Assembly: GCF_001194135.2 (NCBI RefSeq)
Contig: NC_069001.1
Location: forward strand, 20,767,989 to 20,808,395
Reading direction: 5' to 3'
DNA: 40,407 bases
Origin: Octopus bimaculoides
Taxonomy: Eukaryota
A program made the position numbers and the translations under genes. Positions 21,575-33,340 of this stretch are shown here, in pieces (position 1 is the first letter of the stretch; every line of letters starts with the position of its first letter). A model generated the notes under the pieces. That model was not told where the DNA came from and did no database searches. It saw nothing but the letters and a program-made list of their open reading frames with translations.

Positions 21575-24420
21575 TTAATTTATAGTAGCTTCTTGTCATC
21601 AGTTGCATAATATGGCTTGGCATCCACCAACTGAACATCTTCAACTAAAAGATTTGGTTTTAATTGGTGAATAGACCTCTTTAAGAAAATATTCCCACAG
21701 GCACAATCCAAATGGATTTTCTTTCACTAATCGTCATACAGCTTGAGAAAAGAGTCTTTCATGTGGTATGCAGTTAGTATTATCAAAAAAAGTGATATCA
21801 CTGAATGTAAGCTTTCTGGGAGAATTAACTCTCACTTAGTAAGGTTTTAAATTTTCAGTCATCAAAACCTGTTGTCTATCCATTATGTCACTCACATTGG
21901 TCATTCATTTGTAGATTGCAGCTACAATTTATTCACAAGTTTGATTTTTAAAAATGATTAAACCTTCAGACATAAACTAATGTCCTCAGTCACTATGTAT
22001 ACCAGCTGGAGTTCCATTTAACACAAATAACCAAGTTAATAATTTGATTTCTGTAGCAGCACTAATATCTGGACATGGATATGTACATGTGAATCTTACT
22101 CATCAGCAATAACCAAAAAGTACTCATTTTTTGACCAGCATTTACAGAACAAGGAGCATAAGTTAGAAATCTTCTGTAATACAACACGCAAAATGATATG
22201 AAAGTGGTGCAAAGTCTTTGAAGACAAAATATGTTGAAGGAATTAATGTGCATTACTCAACACAAAACCTTAAGGTCGGCGCTTTTTGTTGACTATGACA
22301 TAAACATGTTAAATAAGAAAAGTGAAAGGAAGGAAAAGACCAACTTACTGAGCAAAGTAACACAGATTTCCCTTGGCAGCTTAGAAGCTCTGACCTAGAT
22401 TGAATTTGCCAGATTTTTATAACTGTAAGCTACCTTTCTAAAACCTTCAGCAAAACTGTTTAGAGGGAGAGCTTGCACACTTCCTTTGATGTGTGGTGCA
22501 TTAACCAAAAGTCAGCTAGTGCTGATTGGTTGGGCCATATTCATGTAGGCATTAATACCTTTCATGGTAATATTTTTTTGTTTTATGAGGATACATTAGA
22601 TCATAATTCTGGACTAGGAAAGTCTGAGAGCTGTGGTTCAAAACTCAGCTAGAGTCTTGCTACAACCTCAATTGTGAAAGAACTTCCTGTTGAAAAACAT
22701 GCATTTGTATTTGTCTATTCAGTAATTTTTTTAAGATTTTTTTTTTTTTTGCTTCAGTTTAAGATTATCATAAGGAATGTGTCGTAATTATATTGTTAAT
22801 TAATTAACTAGAAAAAGAGAGCTTGGACTTTAAAAAAAATCATCTGAGGAATATTTCAGTATCAACTGAGTGATTCTGACTAGAATGTCTATCTGGATTC
22901 ATTGAGCAGGAGTGGAATGATCATGTAGCTAATCTGCATTAATGCATTTGTTGGTGATGTGGATACTACAAAACCTTCGAACTTAGAATCAAAACCTATT
23001 AATTTCTTCAAAATTTTTTCCTAAAGAACTGCTTGTGACAAGCAAGGTATGCGCATCAACAGGGCAAAACCACTTTTGTTACATTAACAGTGAAGACGAA
23101 AGCATATTTTGGAGTGAATTTTCTCATGGGAGCTGCACAGCTGCCAAGTTAGAGAAACTACTGGAGCACTAATTCAATTTTGAGCCTGGAAACCAAATGG
23201 TGTCCAGAAATCAGTATGAAGAAGTAACAATATATTTTCATCTAAACATAAATATAAGGACTTAGAGATAGAAATTAGCAGAATGTTAGAAACTGAAAAC
23301 AGTTATTCCACTGGTGGTAGTAGGAGCACTTGACATGGTTAAAAATAGGTCTTCACTCTTCATTGATAAAATAGCTGGAAAATCAAATATACATGATGTC
23401 CAAAAGATTACACTAACCTTAACAGCCAATCTCTTGAGAAAATTCCTATCATTGTAACATAATTACTAGCCTTAGGTCTCAGGTAGAGACCCAACTAGTA
23501 ACTAACATGCCCCCAAATCAAGCTGAAATGTAATAATAATAATAATAATCAAAGAAACTGTTGTTCATAAAGCTACAAAATTTCAGTCCAAATGTGGTTT
23601 TAGAAACTGAGAAAAGTGTTCACACAGCATCAGGCCATAAAATCCAGGTTTCTGCTGAGTGTGCAAAGTGCAGTATTGCTGTATGCCAGGGTAGAGGCAT
23701 GGTTTTTTTTTTGTGGGGGGGCGTCTACACTTCACAGGTAACAACTTCAACTTTCTTTAAACATAATATATATTCAACTTACCTGGTCAGGTAACATGAA
23801 AGTTCATTTAGTACTTTTTCTTATAACCCCAGAACTTGTCTAAGACAGTATATGAATCCTTATTTGGATTATATGACTTAAAAAGTGCTCCAATGTGTTC
23901 TAATTTAGTGGAGTATTGCTGAGGGGGGAGGATAGCAAACTCTATTTTTTTCATTACCTGCATTGATATCCTTTCAGAATGTGTGTTATACAAATAGCCT
24001 AATTATTTGCTTTGTCTGCTCATTCTCATGCAACTCATTCAAACAAAAAGCACACAGAATTTAAGATCACTTCATTTGTATTTCTTAGTCATATTACACC
24101 TTTCATTATTTATTTTACAAACGATAAAGAAGAACAATAGGTAAACACAATGTACACAAACAACCATTACATCCTATCAACAAATTTCATGAGATTCATG
24201 CACTTATGTTTATGATTTTTATGCTCGATTGACTGCATCTTTGCTAAAATTTTCAGTTTCTAACATGACTGGGTAATTTACATAGAAATTGTCATATATA
24301 TAGGTGCGATCTTTACCAGAGGCATCACCCTTCTTTATACCGTCTGTGCTGAAAGAAATTTTTAGATTTTACATAGTGAAAGAAAGAAAACAAATTTTAG
24401 AGAAAATATATAGAGTTTAG

Positions 24421-24700
24421 TTATACTAGGGGATAGTTATACTTTCTCAATTAAACACATACACTATATATTTGGTTTTCACTTCAATTTTATTATTACT
24501 ATTATTTTAGTTTTTTTTGTCAAAGTTCTTTCATTATACATTCTGTGACCTCTTCATGGGGTAGAGACTTGCTGAAGAAATCACAGAATGTGTGATGAAA
24601 GAACATTGACAAAGAAACTAAATGATAATAAAGTTGAAGTGAAGCCCAAACATATAGTGCATGTGTTTAATCGGCAAAATATGACCATCCCCAAGTATAA
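24421..24700. mobile_element. Foldback MITE-like element
   Basis: 24421-24556 is an imperfect reverse complement of 24571-24700 (TTATACT.GGGGAT... ends); no ORF. Confidence 0.75.
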
Positions 24701-27007
24701 GGTCTGTTTTAACACATGATTTCACATCAAGAATCTTGTAAAACAAATACATAAACGTATATAGTTTTATCATCCCAGATAAAGTATTGTGTCATAAGTA
24801 GGTATATTCAGATAACTCCAGTTGCCAAGATAGCAGTTTATTAGTTTAACCCTTGATCAATACATGTTGAAAACAATTTGATCTGTTGATAATTGAAAAG
24901 GTGTTGCAGTTAACTTATGTCTACTTTCTGACACTTAATAATGGCTCAAGCTTCTCATTCAATCAAAAGCTGTTTTATTCAGTAATAAGTTGCAGTAATA
25001 AGATATGGCCATCTGAGAGGCATCATCAGTTTCAACTACAAATATTTCAAGTACTGTCTAATAAAAAATAAATTTTTAAAAGATAATGCTGGAACTAAAA
25101 TCTTTGTAGTGATATAGAAAGGCTTTCCCAATGTAAAATTTACCATCTCGTAGAATTACTGAAAATATTTTTACTAAAATTTTCCATTTATTAACTTTAT
25201 GCATTGTCACTACAAAATGTGTATAAGAATTTACCATATGGAACCTCTAGATAGGATGTCATTTTATCAAACGTGTGTTTCCCTGGTTCACATAGTACAG
25301 TGGTTCTGAACCATTTTTTTTCCTGTGGACTCTTTGATTGCTACTCTATTCTGGTGGATCTCCATAGCCATTTGATGTTCCAAAACTAGTTTTATAGATA
25401 CTTCTTTCAAAATTCCTATTTTGTTCTTTTACACATTCATTTGCAGAGCTTAAACTACATATAATGTTAGAGAAAGAAACCTTGCTGATTCTTGCAGTAA
25501 ATGCATCTAAAGCAAAATTTTTTTCATGGGCCCCTAAAATAGTCCTGTAGATCTCTAATTTACTATTTTGTTTGTATGGATCCCTAAAAATATTATATGG
25601 ACCCCATATCTTCTGTTTCTATCTAAGCTGTTATTCTCCAGCTCTATAGAATGTAACTAGTCAGAGTGAGTTCATTGTCTCAAACTTGGACACAAAACAA
25701 CATTGTTGATGTATGAGAATCACCAATCATTTAGCCATTCAACTCAAACTTGGTATCTTTTGGGTTTTTTCCCCTCTAAACTGTGAAGAATGTATTCTTT
25801 CTCCTGGATAGGAGTTAATTTTATATCAACTAACTTTTGTTGAGTGTTTTTTTTTTATCTATTGAAAGAGAGTAAACAAATTGGTTCTACATAGTTTCCT
25901 ATAATCTCTGTGAAAATGAAGTCTTTAGTAATTTAATTTCTGTACTTTACAGTTTTAAAATGTCTATGATGAACAAACTTTAGTTTAGTTAATATAGTTA
26001 TACCAGAGAGAGTTTCCATCAGTTGCTGAGACCTACTAGAAATAGCAACTAAATGCTACATAAATCATCTCTCTCCCTTTCATCTTGGGGGGAAAAAAAA
26101 GTACTTTAGATAATTCAGTCCTAGATATTTCATGCCAGAAAAAAATGTGATAGTGATGACTAATTTGCTAGTTGAATCACAAAAAGTAAGAAAAAGAAAG
26201 AAGACTTGTACACAAATCAATGCAATGTGAGCAAATTTGTGAAGGTGATGTCTCTGCACAAAACAGATGAAGAGAATATTAAAAATTAGGATCACAATTC
26301 TGTGAAATATAATCATAAAATTACTGGAATTTAGCTTCAATGGAAAACTCTTGTAGTAAGCTCTCCCAATGCCAGGAATGCAAAAAAATCACTGAAAGTA
26401 AACAGCCTCCATACACATCCTATAACCATAACACAACCTGAACATTGGGCAAAACAACACTAATGGCATTAAAAAAAATAGAATTTTTATAGAACTCAAA
26501 CATCAACATACACATTGAAATAATTCAAGAAACAATGTTGCAATCCCAGCACCAGATCCTGCAAATTCCTAATCGTATTCCCATTAAGTAATTAAGTCAA
26601 TCTAATGATGGTGGAGGTTTCATAATATATATAAAAACCTTGCATCAGGTACATAAAACATTATACTCCAACACTAATAGAGTATTACAATACACGAAAA
26701 ATATAAACATTGAAATCTATCAGCACAAAAGATTTTATATTTTTCAGTTGTTTAACAAATGATTTTGAACCGATTGTTCTTTTGGACTTGCATTATGATA
26801 GTCATTGTTACCATACAAATCATTCATACACTTAGATTTGCTTTTACTTTAATATTTTGTAATAATATATATTAGCGTGCATCTGAGGCCTGTCCATTGA
26901 CACTACAGTTGCATACATCTATTCATAATTCAGTTCTATATTTAAGAAATGAGGAATTATGTACATTATTTACAATTGACGGATATTTGTCCTCATCTTG
27001 TTTGTTG

Positions 27008-27053
27008 TTAACACGTTTCGGCTGATATACCCTACAGCCTTCATCAGGTATCT
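27008..27053 (-). ncRNA. Minimal type I hammerhead ribozyme (copy with 3-nt deletion at the cleavage site/stem I)
   Basis: GATAC-CTGATGA-A-GGCTG-tagggtatat-CAGCC-GAAAC-GT-GTT; PLE pseudo-LTRs are known to carry minimal hammerheads. Confidence 0.75.
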
Positions 27054-27129
27054 TGGGGAAATTTCAAACCTGGGTTCTCATCCCTAAGGTATTTTTCGAT
27101 GTTGTTATTATTATAATTATCACTATTGT

Positions 27130-27200
27130 CCAGGTCACTGCCTGGAACCGAACTCAGGATCTTGGGGTTAGGAGCCCGTGCTCTTAACCACTACGCCATA
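27130..27200 (-). promoter_or_regulatory. tRNA-Arg-like head with Pol III A and B boxes at start of 3' pseudo-LTR
   Basis: Minus strand TGGCGTAGTGG (27188-27198), GGG-CTCCTAA-CCC anticodon-like arm, AGTTCGGTTCC (27144-27154). Confidence 0.7.
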
Positions 27201-27233
27201 TGCCTATGGGCAATTATGGAGTGAATTTTAGGG

Positions 27234-28260
27234 CTTATAAATCTAATATTCTCCTATCCTTCCTTAATACCGGTTGCCATATGCTGTTCATATCCGCACT
27301 CGGTCTGCTTAGGAGGTTGTTGTGTCCTAGCATATGTGTTGCTTCTTTTAGTTTTCGTATTTTCCAGTGGTGTTCTCTGTCTCTTATTTTAACTTCATCC
27401 CACAGGGGGAGGTGGTCTCCATTTTTCCATATATGAGCAGCTATATCCGATTTATCAATATCTCCTCATGTCACAGCTTTGCAATGTTTGTCTACCCTTA
27501 TTTTGAGGGGGCAACATGTTTCGCCCTTGTATAACCTAGCACAGCTGCATGGGATGGAGTTCACACAGTTCTTAGTCATATTCTCTTCTATTGGTGGTTT
27601 TTCTCAAAGAAGATATTTGTGAAGTGTTGTATTACTTTTGAACACTGTCCTGATGTCATATGGGCCACATATCTTTTGTATCTTTTCGGAGAGACCTTTC
27701 ACATAGGGTAGACAGACTGTGGACAGTTTATCGGTTTCATCGTCTCTTTTCTTCCTAATTGGAGTGGAGAGTATGCTTTTGGGGTTGTTGTTGCTTAATA
27801 GATTTTTACTGAGCTTGATCATTTCTTCGTGGTGGGTATCATGATCGCTACTTATATTCATTGCTAGATGTTTTAGGCACTGAGCAATCCCTCTCTTTAC
27901 ACTGTATGGATGGTGGGAGTTGAAGTTGAGGTATCGTCCAGTGAAGGTCGGCTTGCAGTATATGGATGTCCTGAATCCATACTTGGTGCGTGTTATTAAT
28001 ACATCCAGGAATGCTAGCTGATTGTCTTTTTCTTTTTCCATTGTGAACTGTATGGCTGGTTTTATTAAGTTCTAGTGATCTAACAGCACTTGGACATCTT
28101 CCTGATTGGGCCAGAGTATGAAGGTGTCATCAACATATCGCAGCCATAGGGTTGATTTTAGTGGTGTTGATCCTAAAGCCAAATTCTCAAAGTATTCTAT
28201 GTATATATTGGCTATTATCGGTGATAATGGCGAACCCATAGCTAAACCCACTTTTTGTTG
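27234..28260 (-). pseudogene. Penelope RT C-terminal half plus GIY-YIG endonuclease
   Basis: GLAMGSPLSPIIANIY, WLRYVDD (28126-28137), LAFLDV, KPTFTGRYLNFNSHHP, LPYVKGLSE, then NCVNSIPCSCARLYKGET...IRKLKEA; stops at 28072 and about 27470 and a frameshift near 27604. Confidence 0.92.
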
Positions 28261-28276
28261 ATATATATGTCGATAT

Positions 28277-28345
28277 ATATGGCATAATGGTTAAGAGCAC
28301 GGGCTACTAACCCCAAGATCCCGAGATCGATTCCAGGCAATGACC
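28277..28345 (+). promoter_or_regulatory. Second copy of tRNA-like head at start of inverted pseudo-LTR
   Basis: TGGCATAATGG (28280-28290), GGG-CTACTAA-CCC, AGATCGATTCC (28324-28334). Confidence 0.65.
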
Positions 28346-28428
28346 TGAAAAATAATGGTAATAATAATAACAACAACAACATCGAAAAATACCTTAGGAA
28401 TGAGAACCCAGGTTTGAAATTTCCCCAA

Positions 28429-28474
28429 GACACCTGATGAAGGCTGGAGGGTATATCAGCCAAAACGTTGTGTT
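28429..28474 (+). ncRNA. Minimal type I hammerhead ribozyme (copy with G12A substitution)
   Basis: GACAC-CTGATGA-A-GGCTG-gagggtatat-CAGCC-AAAAC-GTT-GTGTT; stem I GACAC/GTGTT, stem II GGCTG/CAGCC, palindromic AACGTT. Confidence 0.75.
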
Positions 28475-28544
28475 AACAACAAACAAGATGAGGACAAATA
28501 TCTGTCAATTGTAAATAATGTAAATAATGTCTATTAATAATTGT

Positions 28545-28712
28545 TTCCAATTTAAGCACAAGGCCAGAAATTTTTATACTACCAGTCTGCCCCTGTACTT
28601 GAATGATCCTGAAAAGATGAAAGGCAAGGTTATCCTCGGCAGGATTTGAACTTAGAACATAAAGAATGGGAATAAATAGTGCTATGCTGGTTCCAATAAT
28701 CCACCACCCCAT
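28545..28712 (-). mobile_element. Degenerate tRNA-derived SINE of a second family
   Basis: Minus-strand B box GTTCAAATCC (28642-28651); homologous to 37810-37950. Confidence 0.6.
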
Positions 28713-29654
28713 AAATATTTATTTCTAATTTAGGTAGAAGGCCAGTCATTTTGAAGGGAGAGGAATAGTCAATTACATTGACTCTAGTGTGATTTAAACG
28801 CTAAAGGTAGAGAATCAGAACAAATGCCATGAAGCATTTTTTCTGATATCCCATTCTAATACACCTATAAATGATAATACATCTTATTACATTTCAACAA
28901 GGGAACCTATGAGATTACTCCACCTATTAGAGATAGCAGCCAAATGCGGTGGTCTTAGTTAGAAAAATTTTGATATGTGGTCTGCTCAATCAGAGCTGAC
29001 CTAGGGTTAAGCAACAATAAATTACAAAATGATAAAAAAGACAAAGTGAACAAAAATAGTATGTGTGTATTTTTAATGAGTACAATATTCTACTACAGTG
29101 AATTTTTTAAGACAATAAACATCTGTCACACCAACTGCCCTATTCTTGTTACCAAGCCTGTGTAAAGTTCAACTTAGTTTATAATCTACAATTTTGCAAA
29201 CAATATATTTCAAAGTTCTATCCTTTTAATCTTATACATGTCACTTACCCACACTCGCTACATGCAACCACCTACTGCTAGTAACATTACAGCAGCATCC
29301 TTCCACCATTAACCTGCACAACTATAACCAAAGAAGAACAACTGTTGTCCTCTGAGTACATCTAGCCTGCTTTCACAGTTGTCATCAGCAGAGAATTTTG
29401 ATACAGACAATGGAGAGAATGGAACATGCTCCACTGTGCCTCATATTGCATGCCTGAATACATAGTATGATCTGATACTTGGTCTTTAACTGACTATTTA
29501 CATGATAGGTCTGCTTCATTTGGGCAGTCCTGGTGCTAAACAATAATTAACTCAACAACTTGCCTTTGTTTTTGTTCAGTATTTTTCTATTTTCTTTTCT
29601 TCCCTTCTTCTAGAGTACATTCACTTCAATTTCTTCCATTTCTCTCCCCTACAG

Positions 29655-29890
29655 GTTACCTACATTAAACCAGTCTGGAGATCGTGTTTACACAACTGAG
29701 ATATTTTGAGGGGGTCTCAGCAATATACTATGACCTTTTAAAGAATGTGGTTCAACTAAGACAAAAGAAACATATGCTAAGGTCTTTTATTCAAACACTG
29801 TTTTGGTTTCATTTAATTTACACAGACCACTAATTTATTGGTTCTTGAAGCACCTATCTATATTCCCTAAATAAAGCACTGAATAAAGAC
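29655..29890 (+). CDS. Candidate last exon, (G)YLH-stop plus 3'UTR
   Basis: About 70-nt pyrimidine tract ending cccctacag; phase-1 frame gives GYLH*; AATAAA at about 29869 and 29883. Confidence 0.4.
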
Positions 29891-30705
29891 AATAGCATTA
29901 ATTTAAATAATGATAATAGTAATAATATTCATTGTTCTACATTTTAGTGGGTTTTAATTTCTCTTTTTCAAAATGTATCATTCTTTAAAAGGTATGTTCG
30001 TGAAATAATTGAATAATAAGGATTGATGACAATTAAAAACAGCATCAGTAAATGTATAAAATTGTCCTGCACTAATTTGTTATAGTTATACAAAATTTAT
30101 ACTTATTTTACATTTAGAGCAGCTTTTCTATTTTTTTTCTATATTTTTAATTTGAATTTTACTTACCGTGTGAGTTAACAAAAATAATAATTAATATTTT
30201 GTATCTAAAAATGGAAGGTTTGGGCTGTTTAGAGTGATTATTTGATCTTTTCTTTAACTGTGGTTGAATTTTGCTTTAATGGTTGTATAGTACATGAAGT
30301 AAGGATTATAAATGTTTTGTTTTGATGTATATATTGGGCAAGCCATATATATATGGATTATTTTTTTATATGATTTTTACTTCTGTCTATATTCTTTTTT
30401 AAAATTCAAATTCATAACTGGAATTTTGACAAATGTACACATTATAAATCTTATTAATATTCATTTATAATATTTGTTATATAAAAATGACAGAAAAAAA
30501 AACAAACAAAAAACAGTTATGCTTACCAAGAACCATTTGGGTATGTTGTTTTTTCCATGTTGATTATTACTTGCTTTCCTTTTTTGATTATTACTTTGTT
30601 TCTGGTTCTAAGCACTTGATCTAAAGATCATGTTGTCTATTATTTTGTCACTTTGCTGTATGTACATTAATACTTGCTCTCAGTTAGGCTAATGATACTG
30701 TAGAC

Positions 30706-30993
30706 TTAAGCTGTTTATTGCTTCCCAACCACATAGTTCCAGGTCAAGTCCCACTGTATGGTATCTCAAGCAAGTGTCTTCTACTACAGCCATGGGACAA
30801 CTAAAACCTTGTGAGTGAATTTGGTAAATGGAAACTGAAAGAAGCCCATGTATATGTGTGCACGAATGTGTGTGTGTGTGTCTTTGTGTTTGTCTCCCAC
30901 TACAACTGGTGTTGGTTTATTTACATCTTCATAACTTATTGGATCAGCGAGTGGCCAATAGAATAAATGCCAGGCTTTAAAAAAATAAGTACT
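30706..30993 (+). mobile_element. tRNA/CORE-like SINE copy
   Basis: Homologous to 21040-21460. Confidence 0.8.
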
Positions 30994-31049
30994 GCGGCAG
31001 ACTTCTGTGACTGTCTTGGCAGGATTTTTCCTAACACCATCCACTCAGC

Positions 31050-31200
31050 AGAGTGGACTTATTGCTTTTTATGTGGCACAAGCACATGCGAGGTCAGTTT
31101 TGGCAAGGTTTTTACAGCTGGATGCCCTTCTAAACACCAGTGTGGACTGGGTGCTTTTAAATGGCATCTGCACTGATAGGGTCACCAAGTACTTACAAGA
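31050..31200 (-). mobile_element. RTE-type 3'UTR/tail fragment
   Basis: Reverse complement contains TAAAAGCACC and AGAAGGGCATCCAGCTGTA blocks of the shared tail. Confidence 0.65.
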
Positions 31201-31686
31201 CCAAACAAAAATTTCAAGAAGGGAGGGGGCATTTGAGGAGGCGATCTTGTGTCGGATGATGAAAGGTTATAGTGTAACAAAGAGACAGAATCAGCTGTCT
31301 TGCTGTTGAGGAAGTACAAGGTTACCCGACCAGAGAGAGAGAGAGAGAGATATCAGGAATGAAGACAGAAGCAGATGCAGTACTGCAAAGGAAATACATA
31401 GTTGCCCAAGCTGAGAGAAGTGCAGGAGAAGGAGAGAGAGACTGGGAGACAGCGAGATTGAGATGGCAAAGTGCCAAGCATACTCACAAGGGATAGAGAT
31501 CAGATTATAAATGGAATGGTTGAGTAAAGGAAGAGAGAGATAGATAGTGGCAAGTGCCAGGGCATATCCTTGAGGTTCAAACGTCATAATATAAGTGACA
31601 GGATATTGCAAAGGAAGTGTGATTAAAGAGTGCGGAGTTGGGGAAGTGAGTGGGTAAAACCTGGGTATATATAGAGTCGGGGGGGG

Positions 31687-31696
31687 NNNNNNNNNN
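31687..31696. other. Assembly gap
   Basis: N run. Confidence 1.
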
Positions 31697-32277
31697 AGTG
31701 GGTAAAACCTGGGTATATATAGAGTCGGGGGGGGGGGGTCTTGCAGACAGCAAATATACAGAGGAACAGGGCTGTGAGGACAGGATTGGGGAGTGAGAGC
31801 TAGACATCGTGTATGAAAGAGGAAATGTGAGGAAGTGGTTTGTTGGGGTAGGATGAGTGAAAAGTTTTCTTGTTACATGTGAGTGGAACACACAAGTTGG
31901 GGGCTAGCTGATAGCAACCATACAGTGAAACAGGGCATGTGGGTGGAACACACTGGTCGCGGAGCTTGCGGAAATTAATGATACAGTGGCACAGGGCCAA
32001 GAGGACAGGACTGGGGCGTGGGAGGTAAGCATAGTGCATGAAGTGGAAATGTGAGGAAGAGAAGAGATGTAGAGGCATAGTTTGGTTTGTTGTGGTAGAG
32101 TGTGTGAAAAGTTTTAAGTGTGGGTGGGACACAACGCTTCTCGAATTCAGTTTCACTGACGTGGGCTGGTCTTCTCTAGAACTTCATATCACCAACATCC
32201 TGAGATTGGTCCTTACCACCCAAGAATGAGACCAGCTGCATAAAGAAGTGCAGATCACTGAAAGTAGATGGTACCTG

Positions 32278-32982
32278 NNNNNNNNNNNNNNNNNNNNNNN
32301 NNNNNNNNNNNNNNNNNNNNNNNNNNNNNNNNNNNNNNNNNNNNNNNNNNNNNNNNNNNNNNNNNNNNNNNNNNNNNNNNNNNNNNNNNNNNNNNNNNNN
32401 NNNNNNNNNNNNNNNNNNNNNNNNNNNNNNNNNNNNNNNNNNNNNNNNNNNNNNNNNNNNNNNNNNNNNNNNNNNNNNNNNNNNNNNNNNNNNNNNNNNN
32501 NNNNNNNNNNNNNNNNNNNNNNNNNNNNNNNNNNNNNNNNNNNNNNNNNNNNNNNNNNNNNNNNNNNNNNNNNNNNNNNNNNNNNNNNNNNNNNNNNNNN
32601 NNNNNNNNNNNNNNNNNNNNNNNNNNNNNNNNNNNNNNNNNNNNNNNNNNNNNNNNNNNNNNNNNNNNNNNNNNNNNNNNNNNNNNNNNNNNNNNNNNNN
32701 NNNNNNNNNNNNNNNNNNNNNNNNNNNNNNNNNNNNNNNNNNNNNNNNNNNNNNNNNNNNNNNNNNNNNNNNNNNNNNNNNNNNNNNNNNNNNNNNNNNN
32801 NNNNNNNNNNNNNNNNNNNNNNNNNNNNNNNNNNNNNNNNNNNNNNNNNNNNNNNNNNNNNNNNNNNNNNNNNNNNNNNNNNNNNNNNNNNNNNNNNNNN
32901 NNNNNNNNNNNNNNNNNNNNNNNNNNNNNNNNNNNNNNNNNNNNNNNNNNNNNNNNNNNNNNNNNNNNNNNNNNNNNNNNNN
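32278..32982. other. Assembly gap
   Basis: N run. Confidence 1.
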
Positions 32983-33340
32983 TTCTACAGCTGGATGCCC
33001 TTCCTAATGCCAACCACTCAGAGAGTGTAGTGGGTGCTTTTACGTGTCACCCGCACGAAAGCCAGTCAGGCGGTACTGGCAACGGCCACGCTCAAAATGG
33101 TGTATTTTATGTGCCACCCGCACAAGAGCCAGTCCAGGGGCATTGGCAACGATCTCCCTCGAAAATCCTTACACATGTCACGGGCACAAGTGCCAGAAAG
33201 GCGATGCTGGGCACAGGTGCTATCCTGATTTCGCTTGTCCCAATAAGTCTTCGCAAGCTGAGTTTCGTGTCCAATGAAGGAGACAACGTTGGCACGGGTG
33301 CCAGTTGTCGAATATAGTTCGATTTCACTTGCCTCAACAT
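32983..33340 (-). mobile_element. Inverted copy of the composite RTE-tailed SINE
   Basis: Reverse complement aligns with 6870-7355; 3' part lost in the gap. Confidence 0.85.

Larger units (their letters stand above)
26931..28528 (-). mobile_element. 5'-truncated Penelope-like retroelement with 3' pseudo-LTR and inverted 5' pseudo-LTR
   Basis: RT-GIY-YIG remnant flanked by about 240-bp inverted repeats (26962-27200 on minus; 28277-28528 on plus), the classic PLE truncation structure. Confidence 0.92.

Noticed and set aside
27130-27200. Functional tRNA-Arg gene
   Set aside because: Acceptor and T stems do not pair properly and the anticodon differs between the two copies; treated as a tRNA-derived head
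31649-31738. Direct duplication ending in poly-G
   Set aside because: The copies flank a 10-N gap; probable unmerged contig overlap
31200-32230. Purine-rich stretch with several short minus-strand ORFs
   Set aside because: Probably an old repeat, but no recognisable protein motif could be supported
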